From: Eremomyces bilateralis CBS 781.70
Lineage: Eukaryota
Assembly: GCA_010015585.1 (NCBI GenBank)
Contig: ML975164.1
Reading direction: 5' to 3' (one strand)
DNA: 64,000 bases
Below the pieces are notes generated by a model. That model was not told the DNA's origin. It was given only the letters and a program-made list of their open reading frames with translations, and made no database searches. Each line of letters starts with the position of its first letter. Positions within the stretch are counted from its first letter, which is position 1. Both the position numbers and the translations under genes were made by a program. This document shows positions 24,186-36,759 of the stretch, one piece after another.

Positions 24186-27100
24186 GTTGTAGGCCTCCGG
24201 ACAAGGATATCCCTCTGGATTCTGCGGCGGGTACGGCGATCCGTTCTGGCCTAGTGCATGCAATGCGTGACCGTTACGGGTCGAATGAGGGGTGCTCTCC
24301 GGTGAGGGCGTTTTGAAAGTGGCGGCGTTGCCGTTGACGGATGAAGAATAGGACGTGGCGGACCCGACACTATCGTGAGCGCCGACGGAACCTGAACTGA
24401 ACGATCCACCCCGAGGCGACGAGGACGTCGATGAACTCGCGTGTTGTATCTGAGGGAGTCCGGGAAGGCGCTCACTCGATACAGCAGGGCGTGGCGTGTA
24501 GTGCGAATTGTACCACGACGCGTCGACTGTGCCTCGAGGGTGGACCTGCGAAATCGACGGGAGCTCCAGCTTTCCGGTGTTCTGGGGATATGGGCCGCAA
24601 GGGCCAAAAAAGAAATTAGGAGAGGTGGACTTCACACGATGGTGAAGTTGATCGGGCACGGGTTAGCGCAAGATCAATTCTTGCGTCGATGCCTAGCAAC
24701 CGGACCCGTGGGTAGGAATTGGAAGGAAGCTCGATTGCAGGATCTGTGCACGTAACCGGGAAGCGAGCTGGATCCGGAATGGAGGATCGACAGCAGGCGG
24801 CAGGTGATAAGAGGTGGATGCAGGACACGACGGGCGAGCTACTTCCAGCTTGCACCAACGGTCTTGAAAGTCCTTCGAAGTTTGCTCCTGGGGGGATCGT
24901 GTCGAGAATATGAGACAATGTCGTCCTTTCCAGCCTTTACCCCGAAAACACGTGGGCAAACAGCTACACCAAAGGAGAAGAGAGAACGAGGGAAGAGGTG
25001 GAGGGGGGACGAAAGAAGACTGGAGCGAACAATTGGACCCGAAGCGGGAACGAGAGCAAGCTCAGGGATCGTCTGGTGGGCGCGACACCGAAGTCACCCA
25101 GTGGCGTCCGTTGTCGTTGGGGGAGAATGGTGGTCTGGTGGTACGGAGCGGCGAATATCGTGGCACGAAAGAACCGATGAATGGCCTTCTCTCTTGCTCT
25201 GCGAGGATGGTGAAGGTTGCCGCTTAGCGGTGGGGTGTGTTGGGTTTCGAAGTCTCGGGTCGTACTAAAAACAACTGGAACGCTTCAATGCTGTGACGAA
25301 GGGACGGGCAATCGTAAAAAAATCGTGTCGTTGCAACTTTGCAGGAATATGGTTCGTGATCGTCCAGACGAGATGAGTTGCTGATGATCTGCGGCGGGTC
25401 GTTTCTTCCTGATGTTTCGTTTCGCGAGCTTTTGTTTCGCTCGAATTGTAAAGTATCTTTTCTCAGCTCTTCTGTAATTGACTTGACAGCCGGACCCAAC
25501 AGAAAGTCGTAAAGATGCAATCCTTGCGCGATAGTTGAGGGCAGTGATAGAGGGTGGGGAAGCTGCCTTCTGGGAGATGGAGCCGTGGGAGGTCAATTCT
25601 AAACGTATTTCTTCGTTCCAGGTCGTTAAAGTCGTCGCACGTCGTTGGTCTCGTTCCAATCCAACCAACGTCAATCAACTGTGACAAGCATCCAAGGTCA
25701 TGTCAGCTCCAATGTACAGTACGATGGTGTTTTATGATAAGGCGAGTAGCTCAACGGTAACAGAGAAGCGCATGCATGCAGGACGGGAGCACCAACACAT
25801 TCACGTCTATGGTGTGGGAACAGCACACAACGATGCAGGAAGGGAAAGCGCCGCAGATGGGCCAGGGGGGTAAGGGAGAGAAATCTTTTTCTCACGGGGA
25901 GGTTGGTGAGAAGGGATAAAAGAAGGAAGAATTTCAGAGGAGGTTGGGATAGAAAGGAAGAGAAGCGGCAGTGGTCCAGCGTGAGTGAGAGAGTGGTGGA
26001 GTCGAGAGGAAAAGGCGCAATGATGGCGAATGAGGGAAGAAGTGGAGGGGTTGGCGGAGGAGGAGAAGCAGGGTTAAAGGAAGAGAGCGAGGAGGAATAG
26101 AGGGAGCGAAAGAGTGCAAGAGGGAGAGGAGGGTGGTGGAGGTGTTGGAGGTGTTGGATGGGCTGGTGGAGGAGATGGGATTGGGAATGTGGTGGTGAAT
26201 GGTGGACGGTCGTGAGAGCTTCAGAGCTTGAGAGAGAGCTCTCCGCGTGCGTGAGTGAGTTGTTAGAGGAGGCTGGGTGACTGGGTCTGGTCGCCGGGAT
26301 GAGGCCAATGCTGGTTATGGGCCGGGCGGTCGGTCGGGGGTCTAGGGGGGATCTAGGGGGGTCTAGTGCTAGAAGCCGGGCGCAGGAGCCACCACCAGTC
26401 CACCACCCATGACCCTACCCCACCACGCCCACCGACCACCATATGTCCACATCGACCACCACAAACTCTCCCTCTCACGCACACACTCTTCTATTCCAGC
26501 CAACAGAGCATTCAACACCATCCACAATAACATAATCAGAAGCGAATGGATGAGACCGTGAAATCCAGCAATCAACATCATACCGGAGAACCACAGTAGC
26601 TTGTAGATCCAAGAAAGAAAGAAATCAGATGTGCTTATATCCGCGGCAACTCACCTAAAAGTATTCTTTGACCACGTTGATAACTTCCTTACCCTTCCTT
26701 GCCACTCTCTTTGAAGATAACGGAATCGAAAAAGTTTGATGACGATAGCGGCCAACGCCAGAAGCCACCACTTCACATTCGACCACCACGCCTTTCCTCA
26801 GAGGGGAGAGAGATAACCGACAAGCACGTCCCAGCACTCAGCAGCTGTCAGTACCACAGTCAAAACTCCACCCAGTCTTTTTGACTTTCAACTGTCTAAA
26901 GCCACACTAGACCAGTCGTACCGTCGTCGAACGAACCCTCTTTGGCCTTCTTCACCAAGCGTCCGTTATTCCAACCTTCCGCTTTTACCACGGGGAATCG
27001 ACCAGGATTCACTTTCGCGGTATCAGTCGCGGTGCTAGGATCGCGCACTACGATTGGTTGGCGTCTCGGAGCGGTCGTTGGCTGAAGTTAACGGTAAGAA

Positions 27101-27858
27101 ATCGTCGGAGTGCAGATAAGGGGAATTCGGAAAAGTCGGGAGGATTAGCAGAGCGGATCCCGGGCCTCCGGAAAAGTGACTCTCCGATTCAGGGTTAGGC
27201 CGGCGACGGTAACGGGGGTTGTCGCCGCGCCGGTCCCAGCGTTTGCAAAGGATTTGCTTGGTTGGTTCGGGTCTGGGGTTGGGATGCTTCTGCCAACGCA
27301 ATGCTCGAAGAATATGAATCCTTATTCCGTTCCCCCAGGCTCGTCGGCTTCGATCTGACCAGAGAACCGTCGTGTCAAGAAATCCGACTTATCCGCTGGA
27401 ACCTGGATCGCAGATGATGCGGCTCTTTCGTGTGCGCAAGCGAAAAAGGTACCGCTTTCTGCGACTATGCGTCGTCGGTGTGTGTGGTTGCGTAGTCCGC
27501 GTTGCGTTTCGCTACTGCTGCTGTTGCCGGATTGAACCACGAAACAGAAACGGCGGTGCGCAGTGGGATGATGGTGTGGCGGGGTCGTGGAACAGGAAAA
27601 TGCGTCAAGCAGTGATGCTGGGCTTTTTCCGGCGATCCTTTCTCAGTGTCTCAGTGTCGCGGTCCTCTCCCGTACAGTGGAGATGGGGTAAGAATAGCAG
27701 CAGTACTCTGCAGGATTAGAGATAACCCGTATAGAAAACGGGACGAAACACGGCTGCCGACTTGGTATCTCAGTGGTCCAGCTCCTTGGGGAAACGTGGA
27801 ATGGGGAACCTGTCTTTCTTGCTGATATGTCGGTCGGCTTCCCTTACCTGCGTGGCTG
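24186..27858 (-). promoter_or_regulatory. stuA long multi-exon 5' leader with probable proximal and distal promoters
   Basis: AUG-free tracts on the minus strand at 24260-25688, 25896-26400 and 26779-27858. Splice donors at 25895, 26654 and 27847; acceptor at 25679; pyrimidine-rich TSS-like tract 25900-26200; CCAAT at 26305. Confidence 0.65.
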
Positions 27859-29168
27859 CATGTGCTGCTTTTTCGATGATCTCGCTTTACATGCGAGCGG
27901 GAAAAGGAAATATTATGGGTCCCTTCTCGCCGAAAAAGAGCTCTGGAGAAAAATACTGTTGTCTGTTTGGGATATTGTTCGATCACTTCGCGGCTTTGCT
28001 GTCCCGTCGTCTCCAATTCGTCTGGTTCCGACTGATTCGACGAAATCACGAAATCACCCCCTTTTGTCCCAATCCGCGAAACCAGCAAGAACACCGCAAT
28101 TGACTCCTCAAAAGCCTATGGCAGTCAGGAAGAATAAGCTCCACCCTCTCAAAGAACCGACCATCCCAAATCCGACGCCCTGCACGCGCCGCTCCGTGGT
28201 ACCAGCGCCGGCCTAGGATTCGTCTTGTTGGGATTTAGCAAAAACGACCCTGCCGTGGCCCACGTCCTGCAGCTGTGCCGCACCGCCTGCAGCCCTCTCG
28301 TCGCGCCTTGGCCCCACCAGGGAAAGCCTGGCCTCTCTGCCTCTCACGCTGGCTCGCCCGCCTCCACGAGCGCTGTCGTGTCCAGCAGTGAGCCAGTCGC
28401 CATCTGGTCGGAGAGAAAGGGTCCGTGACCAGCGGCAGGGAACGGCACAGTGCTGTCCTGTTGTCTGCTCCGCGCTCCGCTGTGGACAGTGGGCGTGCTG
28501 CCACCCAGGAGGGCTGGGCTGGTAGGCTAGGGACGCCGGCTGCACTATGCACTGCTCTCGGGAGCGGAGGGATTGTTTGAGGGGAGACAGTTGGACGGCG
28601 AGGGTGGGTGATTGCAATGTAGGTACGGGTGGAGGACTGATGAACCGTGTAAAGATGTCGCTGTCGTTCTATGAATGGACAATCGCCCTCTACTTGCTCG
28701 ACGGTGACTCGTAAAGAAGTGATGGATAGGGCAGGGAGAGCGAATGCAAGTGCGGCTCGGGGCGAGGTTGAGAGACACGCAGCGGCATCATTTCTTCGTT
28801 TTTGGATTTGTTACCGTGGTTCCTTGATCCTTCACACCCACTTCGGCCATCTCATCCCAGTTCGGCAGATGAAATTGACATCGGCCAGGATACAGGTTTG
28901 GAAGGGAGTGGAGAGCTTTCTGCCATTCAGACTGCAATCCCCCATTCCGACTGGTTTACGGGCGGAATAGGGAGACTCAGTGCTTCCCGAATGAGCACAT
29001 CACTTCAATTTACTTGGTGGATAATACTGACCTATCTCCGTCCATAATGCCCATCGTGGACACGAGTAACTTCCACCCTACGGTTCTTACTCGTCCTTCG
29101 GACAGACCAGGGTTTTAAGTGATCATCATCATCTGGCTGTCATCCTCAGCAGAACAGGCATCGATCGA

Positions 29169-29206
29169 TGCCAGACTGTGTCGCCAGACTGTGTCGCCAG
29201 ACTGTC
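29169..29206. repeat. 13-bp tandem repeat (gccagactgtgtc), about 3 copies
   Basis: Read directly from the sequence. Confidence 0.85.
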
Positions 29207-32200
29207 GCCCACTGTATTCAGTGGCGTCCGAAATTCGTTCGCGCCGGACATTTTCCAGTCAGACAATCAAAGACCCCTATCGTTGAAATCCCTAGCTCGG
29301 GATGTGTTGGCATCCTCTCCAGTTGCTCAATGCTTCGTCGGGAGCGATAGCAGCGTCCAGCATGTAAGGCACCAGATACGAGACAGGCTAGCAAAATCAG
29401 AAAACCGATCGGTTTCTCGGTCCCCACGATGTCCGGCTGCGCTGTACGTCTTCCGTTAGCGCGACTCTACATCGTTCGTCCGCTCCTCCCAAGTTTCATG
29501 GAATTGATGGAAGTGGATATTGGACGGGGACCCTGCCACCCGCTCGGTCAAAGAAACCAAGACCCTCTGGCGGGCATCAGGCAAGGTATTAGGAACCCTC
29601 CCCTGGGCTGCAGACCTGCAGTAGAACATGCACACCAGGTCCCAAGCGAGCCCACCAGCACCGCGTCCCGAACCTCACGTAACCGTCTCACGCCCAACGA
29701 CCGTATTCGAGAAGCCTTCTGACTGCACAACATCTGAGGCCACGATTTCGATCGTCGTTGCGTGATGCGTAATGCGTAATGTGATAACCGAAATTGGATG
29801 GCTCTTCAGTCTTCACTATCGTTCATTACCGGAGACGAGCATAATCAAACCTCTTGCCCAGTAGGAGTTGTGAGAATGGGATCGATGGTGCCTGATCCTG
29901 GCCCCAGCCATGAGCAGGTAGCAAGGGCGCTCGGAAGACGCGAGCGATTAAATCCCCTTGGTGGATTTGTCGCCGCCACCAGAGCCACTTGTCCATCGGG
30001 ATCTGAGACATTCAAAATCAACAGACAACGACCACCGCCTCATTCAATCATACCGTGACGGAATTCCGTATGACTCCTGAAGCGAGTGTGCATGGTAAGA
30101 GAAGAGGATTCTGATATCCGCTCCATCATAAACCACCCATTCGGTTCGCCTAGGGATAATGGAATATCCACCTGATACTTCCCCGACTCAAATGTCCGGT
30201 CAATACATACTAACTTACCTAAGAAGTGATGTTTTAATAGTGATAATTCGCTCAGAAACCCCACTTCCACCTTTGCGATTCGCGGATTCGGCATTTCAGA
30301 TTCCAGATCGAACGATTTCTTCATCATACTATGTAGATGCTCATGGTTCATGAAGCCAAATGCTCATGTCAGCATCTTCTCGAGCTCGAACCAATCATCG
30401 TCGCGAGGGCCGAGAAACCAACATTTCATGCAAGGGCATTCCCTACCGTGGATGCATTTGCCGGCGATGGCGGAGAAGGTTGCCATATGAGTTTCGAAGT
30501 TTCGAAGCTCGCTTACTCGAGAAACGACAATGCAGCGGGAATAGCCGCTTGTCTTAGATATGATCAATGAAGAATCGATAATCTAATTGGGGGGAATGAC
30601 AGTAGATGACGGCATGAATGGACTTCAGTGTGATAGTGCCTGGTAGGTGGAATCAGTCAATCAGTACAAATTACTTGTTGGGATTTTTAGAACTGAGATA
30701 ACTCGCAGAAGGCACCACGACGCCATTACTTACCACTGAACGCTGTCAAGGGGCGAGACGGAGACAAAGTCGGTTGTGTACGGAGACTCCAAATGCGGAC
30801 GTCCAAGCGAGGGCATTGATATTGATATTGAGCAGAACCAGCCAGTTGGGTCGTTACGCGTCTTACCAGATGAACCGGCCCGATTCTAAATTAAAGACAT
30901 ACACTTCTTTTGAACATTCGCATGAACAATCGCGTTAACATGTCTACAGATCGGTTCAAGGCGATACTCGCTAGCAACTGTGTTGAAGTTTGAATAGATA
31001 GAGTGACGAGGGGAAACTGAATGGTTCTAATTGTGGTGAAGCGGGGTGAAAAAACCCGCCATCTGATTGGCTGGATACAATTTCCCTCCTCTCCACGTTG
31101 ACTACCGACATTCCACCCTTCACGAGCTTCAACTCATCATCTGGTTTGGTGAACCACGGATTCTTAAGATCATCCCGAACCATCTACTGTGTTTCATTCC
31201 AGCGCCATGGTTCAAGTTTACCAAGCCCTATATAAATCATCAAGTCTGTTTTGGGTTTACAACCGGCGAATATAGCATCATCCGTTCTCTTCAAAGTGAT
31301 GGTGGGAGTTCTGTTAGTGCGGACTCCATGTACCTCGGCGATTCACCAGCATGTCCCGCTAAAGTCTTGTTAGAGCTTCTATCAGCTTGCCTAAACCGAC
31401 TAAGATCACCAGTTACCGGTAGTGCTTGATATCAAAGCTGGTCTCAACAATTGAACGTCAGCTTCTCGCTCAACCTGGTACCTCTCCATACACTACCAAG
31501 TCACTTCCTCCTTGCATACCAAGACCTAAATAGCCACTATCATTGTTAGTAGTCTTCATCCCTGTTTCTATGAACGAGTCCCCTCTCGCAAGTCGCAAGT
31601 CGCAAGATGGAACCATGCTGCCGACGAGCCGACGATCCTAGATTACAGATACGGTCGTTCGAAGAACCATGTTCACGCAAAGCTGTCGTGTCGCACCACG
31701 GGCAGGTCAGAGACCGTTGCTATTATTACCGGGAAGTTCAGCCTCCGGCGTATCTTTCGTACCGGGTGTTGCAAACAGCAAATTACCCGCCGAGATAGAC
31801 CCCAGGATTCGACATCGTAGCTGAATCCTGAATCCTGACGGCCGACGGGTGCCAACCGTCAGAACTACAGTGGTTGCGCCATTTGACGATCCCGCCGCGC
31901 CTTCGTTTGATGGCGGATCCGGGAACGACTACTATGATGGCTTGCGGCACAATATGATAAACATCATATGAATGTCGTGTATCCAAGTGAGGAAATCCGT
32001 TCCCAAAACTATGGGGTTGATGGTCAATATTCTCTATTTCCCGGGTTAATCTCGCATGCTGTAGCACCGAGTTTGATTTGCTCGTGGCACAATGTGTACG
32101 GTCGTTTCGAGATCCCTGGGAGTGGAGCGCTCAATTGGGCTCTCCATGATCCATCCCTTGCGAAGTTGCGATGGAGCAGCAAGAAAATTGCAGACGGTCT

Positions 32201-35200
32201 CGACTCTCGACCACCCTTTGGTTGTCGTGTTCCAAGTGAAAGCCTCGGGACCAAAGTTGTGTCCTGTGCAACCACCACGACCCGATGGACCTGGAAATCG
32301 TTGAGGACTTTCTAACGTTTCTATCAAGGGATTAGGAAAATTCTTCACCATAATATGCGACAAAAGCAAACCCTGGAAAATGGCTTTCTTTTTCGAGATT
32401 TCCCACCTCCTTGCTTGGCCAGTGCGGCCGAAGACCAACAGACGCATCTCGGGTAGATCACAGCATGCAATATCCTGTAGCCTGTCCGGCTGCTGTATGT
32501 ACAAGCGGAATTAAACTCGCAGTGCAGCGGGGCAGGACACAGGAACTGCAGATCCCCATGGTCACCTTTACCTGTCTCATTTGCTGGGTCATCTTCTCAC
32601 ATCCCATAATGTGTTCACGGGAAACCCAGGACCTCTATCATGCAATGCATTGACGGATGCCGCCGATGAAACCGCCGTGGACCAGGACGAAGCCATCCGG
32701 ACCAAATCCCTTAGTTAACATGATTAGAACGGCTCCGTGGGATGGCTGCATTCCTTCAAACGCTCAGATCCCGATCTCGAGGCGGCCTGCGGGGCATCTA
32801 GTTCCGGGCTTGCGGATATTCTCTTTCACCTCGATATCCAGGATTCGACTGCCATTTATCGACTATGGTCTTTGTGGATGGGCACGCGACGCAAGGAATG
32901 CCTGCTTCATGTGTCACTTTTGGTGTGTGAAAAGGAAAATTTGTTCACGTGGAGGAACAGCCAACTGAAGCCGCAGTCGCACAGCATCCATTTCACCCAT
33001 CAACATGTCCCTGGGTTCATTTTCAATGCGAGCATATCCGAGGTCAAATTGAGACAATGCCTCATGAGCATTCAATATGACTCTCATCCCTAGCATGGAG
33101 CCGAGTTGCTAGTACATTGTCTGTCGAAACTAGTCGAACGGGACCGAAAAAGTCCTAGTTAAGTTATCCTTCAAAGGTATTGGGTAGTCAGATGACGTGA
33201 CATAATTTATTCTTAAAGACAGCTAGAACATCAAGCAAAAGTCAAAAGTTCAAACTTCAGAGAGTTGGTTTATTGAGGGCTGGCGAATGGCGACCACTGT
33301 GCTGGTATCACTCAACCATCATTCCACCGGATACACCGACCACCCAATTATTGAATAGGAACACAAGCACCACCCGTTGCTTTCGGGTCCCAAGGTGCCA
33401 GAATATTACCTATATTTGTCCTAACTTTATTGATATTCCGATTTCGAGTTGTTTCAGTGTCATCATCAATAGATGTGGGGTGGAAGGTCAGCAGTGGAGA
33501 CTTCGAAGTTCGAACTGAACATCAAGCTTGTTCCTTGCAGTCTGTCTCTGGGTCGGAAAGCTGCATTGGCAGATTGGCCTAATGGAATCATGGAAGCCGT
33601 TTAGTTATTCAATTGGCCAAGTTTCATATGCTTTCGAGCCGCCGTGCATGGCATGGCGGAGAGAAAAGCCTCGCTGCATGTCCCCATATCTTCGGGAACA
33701 AACCACGCTGCGTTGGTTCGGATCGGCAGACTCGTTCCTCCTCGTCCGTTCCCTTCCAAGTCACTTTCCCTACTTGGAGCTTCCAGGTGCGACATGCCGA
33801 CATCAGAGGGAGGAGATAAACATAGCAACGTTGATAGGGCACGACATGGGCTCATAGCTCGAATTGGACGCTGATGAGGAATTCCAACACCATCAGCTGC
33901 AAGCAAGCGCTGCTGGCAACCACTGAGCCTTGTCGAGGAAGCGCACACGTCTCCTCAGCGTCTGCACTCTGCATCTCTGGCCAGGTGATCTCGCTGCGAA
34001 CCTCGTGGTGATTATGTTCTGCTGGGGAATGCGAGTCTAACTGGATGTCACGCACACATGTTGTTTCATCCATCTTTATCGTGGCATTCCCTTCGCAAAT
34101 GGATCTGATGTCTCAAACCTTCAATGCCAACTATCATCCACCAGACTCGAAGGCTCGGTGGTCATCGCTTCCCATAGTTGAATTCAGTTCTTTCGATGTC
34201 TCGGCCCCATCATCAACGTTGACCGGAACTCAATCAGGCAATAGACCCTGGTCGGCCAGAGCGATGAATCAACCAGGTCCGCCTGTATCCGTCTCTCGCT
34301 GATCCGATTTCCTCCAACCCGCTCTAGTGCAGAAGTCGCGATAGTCGAGGCTCAAGAAGCTGCCACGAACCAGAGAGCGGGATGGCGTTGGCGACTTGGA
34401 GGGGGTGGGCAGATTGATGAATGGGAGAGTGGGTCTGGACGGAAATGCCCCAATCACGACTGGCCACGTCCATGCCGCGAGCTGTGGGCTGTGACCGTTA
34501 TCGGGGCGGAAAAGGAAAGCTCCCCAGCCACCTCTTTTCTATCCCCGGTTCTTTGCTGTCGAGAACCAGGATTCCTTTTCGTATAGCTGAGAGGGAGCGG
34601 GTGTGGAAGCCGGTGGCTGATGGAGATGATGTTCACTGGATGGCGGGGTCGAGACCTTGCGGACATGTGGGATTCGAGAGGCCCTCGAGGGCTTCGTCCG
34701 GGACATGGTCCGTTTGCTGCTGGACGTCTGACCTTCGGGTACTGTACGACCGGTTGGCAGACAATTGGATCGAGTTGTCGAGATCTTGGATCTCCCTGGA
34801 TTCAGATTCAGATAGCACGATGCTCATGGCGAATCATTGTCTAGCGAGACGGTCATGCACACTCCCTTCGAGTTATAATGAAGCAGGTAATGAAGACACA
34901 ACATCTCGATACCCCACACACTTCCCATGGGATTGGGTGTAGACCGTGTAAATTCCGCTTGGATTGGAGAAAAGCCTTAGGACTTCCAAGAGGTTGCCTA
35001 AGGGAGGCTGTTTACTAGTTACTGCGGTTAGTTGCTGAGGAATGATGCTGGAGGGATTCGAGTACGAGATCATCGATTGAGCAAAAACCCCGCATAAGAT
35101 TCGTCCAACATGCTCGCTACATTCTATAATATTGAAGCCGAGCATCGAGATTCAAGAAGTCAACCATGAACCATCCCTGGCTTGCCACAAAAGAGCACAA

Positions 35201-36759
35201 CGCCCGCAACCCGACTACCCCACCGTGAGCATCGAGTCGATGGCGAGACTTTTCCAATTCTTCACGAATCCCTCACCGCCCTTTTGGATGTTATCCCTTC
35301 GATTCGATGAAACAACCATCGAAGGAAGTTTGGGGACGGCTTGGTCGATTCCGGAAAACCCACCAGCCAATGGTTCATCCCGGGCTTCGTCTGTTCATAC
35401 TGTCCTCCCCGTTCCGTCTCGGCTCGCTTTGTTGAGTTCCGGGAGGTTGGATGCACAAGATCAGCCACAATCACGAGTGATCTGGTACACTAGGACACGG
35501 ACGGACTGTTGTGGTGCTCATCGTTGGCGATGGTGGTGACACGACTTCTCTCACTGCTCGATTGCCTGTGCTTCGGTTCCATATTGTTAATGAGTGACGG
35601 TGATGTGATAGAGTCTTGAGACGTTCGTATCATATGGATTATCGGATACTGTATCAACCTCGCATGTCCATCACCCCCACAGCCGTGTCCTCTCTTTGCT
35701 TGTCTCAATGGTTCCCATAAGATTCCGGATTCGCATGCCATCCCGAATCCCCAATTGTCTTGCCTGACGCAAGAGCAAGGATTTACGGGCACACATATTG
35801 TGCTGTACTCGGGTCGGTCCCGAAACACAAAAGCCGCAGGGATCGAGAACTTGCGTAACAAAGAAACCCACGCACAATGTACGCCTTCGCGCAGAGGACA
35901 GGTGAAGCATCTCGTCCCAAAATTTCCTGGACTTCAAACTTCGGGCGCGGGCAAGGGATCGAACGCCTTTGTTGCCCACCCTTCATCCGGACTCACTCTG
36001 GAACGCACTCTGGAACGCTTCTGCGAGCTGCCCCACGGTGGTTCTTGCGGGATGGTGCACTGCTCAATAGACTGTCATATGTACGACATGCATACTTGAC
36101 ATACCTACCCACTGACCTGCGTGCGCCATGTAGTATGTACCGTCCATGAGCTGTAATACGACAGTGGTACTTGACGGGACGGACCCATGACAATATGACA
36201 TGTCTTCTTTCTCTTTCTTCCCTAGCATAATTTCGGTCAAGGTCCGCTGAACATCAGCAATGTCGGGCGCGGAATATTATCTTCCTTCGACGCATGATGT
36301 TTTCTGCTAGGGGATTAGGGATTGGTTTTCGTCTTGCTGCGGACCACGGGCCGGAGTATTCCGTAGATCGTTAGTGCAGGTGGGCTTATGCGGACGGTGC
36401 AGTAGCTTCGTTAATATAGAGAAGCATTTTTGTGAATTAGTTGTAATCCGATGTTCGAGAGTCGAGAAAGGACTGGAGCCCCTGAGACCAGTAGTTCGGT
36501 GAGATGTATCACAACTCGAATAGCATCGCAACGTATGGGAGTAGTTGTATTCAACCGCTAGTGATTAATGCCGTCGATATATGATGCTATAGTATGAGTT
36601 GATGTTCCCTAAGATATGCAAGACTTCATTAATACTGAGACGAGTGCGATAGCGCGAATAATTCAACTCATATATAGACGCTTAAGAAGAGACATGCAAA
36701 AGCGATTTAGAATCGAATAGGTCGTTCGCATGTACAGAATGTATAGTTGACTACCAACA

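Noticed and set aside
27186..27235. Telomerase-RNA-like template CCUAACCCU on the minus strand, preceded by a 7-bp stem (CGGCGAC/GUCGCCG) and followed by U-rich and A-rich tracts
   Set aside because: A 9-mer is expected about 0.5 times by chance in 128 kb of both strands, and I found no recognisable CR4/5 (P6.1). The strict AUG depletion fits an mRNA leader better. A fungal TER covariance-model search would settle it.
33870..33900. CTGATGA hammerhead or C-box-like motif
   Set aside because: No GAAA after a stem II and no D box; it is a simple hairpin (GCTGATG/CATCAGC).
24200..36700. StuA response elements (A/T)CGCG(T/A)N(A/C) as evidence of autoregulation, e.g. 25422, 29939, 30930, 34337
   Set aside because: The motif occurs about once per 2 kb per strand by chance, and the sites I noticed do not exceed that.
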